Virus record (IMG/VR): IMGVR_UViG_3300008110_007313 | Source: a virus | Lineage: Duplodnaviria > Caudoviricetes | Strand: one strand, 5' to 3' | Length of the DNA: 64,000 nucleotides | Shown here: positions 63,569 through 64,000 of the stretch, one piece after another | How positions within the stretch are numbered: the stretch's first letter is position 1 | Layout of the letters: each line of letters starts with the position of its first letter | The notes under the pieces: generated by a model | What the model was told of the DNA's origin: nothing | Databases searched by the model: none | Seen by the model: only the letters and a program-made list of their open reading frames with translations | Translations under genes and position numbers: made by a program

Positions 63569-63961
63569 TCAATAAAACAAAGGTTCTACGGTGCGCTCAT
63601 TTTTCAGCGCCATCATGATTTCGTCTTGCTCAGAATACACCAAGTCCGAAAATTCTAAATGTAAACGACGTTGGGCATCAGTCATCTTGAGCCAGGCACG
63701 GATCTGAGCTCGACTACCCCAGGCTTCTGCTGGCATGCAGTTGATCATCCACTTGGTAAGATTTTTCAAAGCTTCCACTGTGTTGGCAGGATGACTATGA
63801 AGGATAGCTGTGGCTTCATTGGCATACCAGGCCATGAAAAACCCACCAGGCTCCCAACCATGAGTCAGATAGTTGTACATGGGGTCAGCAAAATCCTTGT
63901 CCACTTGCCAGTGGTGCAAGGATTTCATGAGCCGGTTTTGACTGTATTTTGTTAGTTCCAT
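63569..63961 (-). CDS. hypothetical protein
   Basis: Start reassigned to ATG 63961 (MELTKYSQ) because the ORF-track start lies inside the promoter. Confidence 0.65.
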   Translation of the reverse strand: MELTKYSQNRLMKSLHHWQVDKDFADPMYNYLTHGWEPGGFFMAWYANEATAILHSHPANTVEALKNLTKWMINCMPAEAWGSRAQIRAWLKMTDAQRRLHLEFSDLVYSEQDEIMMALKNERTVEPLFY

Positions 63962-63967
63962 GCTGTT

Positions 63968-63996
63968 ATTATAGCACAGACGCAATTTTGAGTCAA
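63968..63996 (-). promoter_or_regulatory. near-consensus sigma70 promoter, 6 nt from the ATG
   Basis: Minus strand TTGACT-17 nt-TATAAT-aacagc-ATG. Confidence 0.8.
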
Positions 63997-64000
63997 TATA

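Noticed and set aside
1-64000. Stop-codon reassignment, as in some large phages
   Set aside because: Recognisable genes (ClpA, clamp loader, PhoH, SOD, IF-1, the 1760-aa ORF) are full length in the standard code, and TAG ends at least the DnaJ gene.
1-64000. CRISPR array, tRNAs, tmRNA or self-splicing introns
   Set aside because: No regularly spaced repeat-spacer series, no cloverleaf or T-loop signatures, and no interrupted conserved genes were seen by eye. A tRNAscan-SE or Infernal run would be needed to exclude them fully.

Overview
A 64-kb slice of a large T4-like (myovirus-type, probably jumbo) phage genome. It is densely coding, mostly on the minus strand, and reads correctly with the standard genetic code. 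No tRNA, rRNA, CRISPR array, integrase or transposase is visible. In order it contains: a LysM virion-type protein and Dps; a plus-strand island of exported and membrane proteins with a fatty-acid desaturase; a ~500-nt ORF-poor structured region; a Nudix protein and two very large multi-enzyme proteins; ClpA, DnaJ and a QueC-like protein; a dispersed lysis set (holin, GH19 endolysin, spanins); an amidinotransferase, oxygenase-like, P-loop, Bug/TctC and methyltransferase cluster; PhoH, a HAD nucleotidase, a clamp loader, GroES and a stand-alone DnaE fragment; baseplate and tail-fibre genes; and ErpA/IscA, SOD and IF-1. Four signals stand out. (1) About a dozen unrelated proteins share an N-terminal leader resembling the T4 capsid-targeting sequence, and several are built from modules joined by Glu-containing GVAEG linkers that are also conserved as a 15-17-bp DNA repeat. 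This suggests a shuffled, head-packaged, protease-processed cargo system. (2) Nine TAAATA late promoters and three sigma70 promoters sit only 4-7 nt from the ATG, which implies widespread leaderless mRNAs. (3) Two candidate structured non-coding RNAs are present. (4) There is an apparent +1 frameshift at an A6 run. All product calls come from motif recognition by eye; no database searches were run. A diderm, possibly betaproteobacterial, host is an inference from the spanins and the Bug-family protein.
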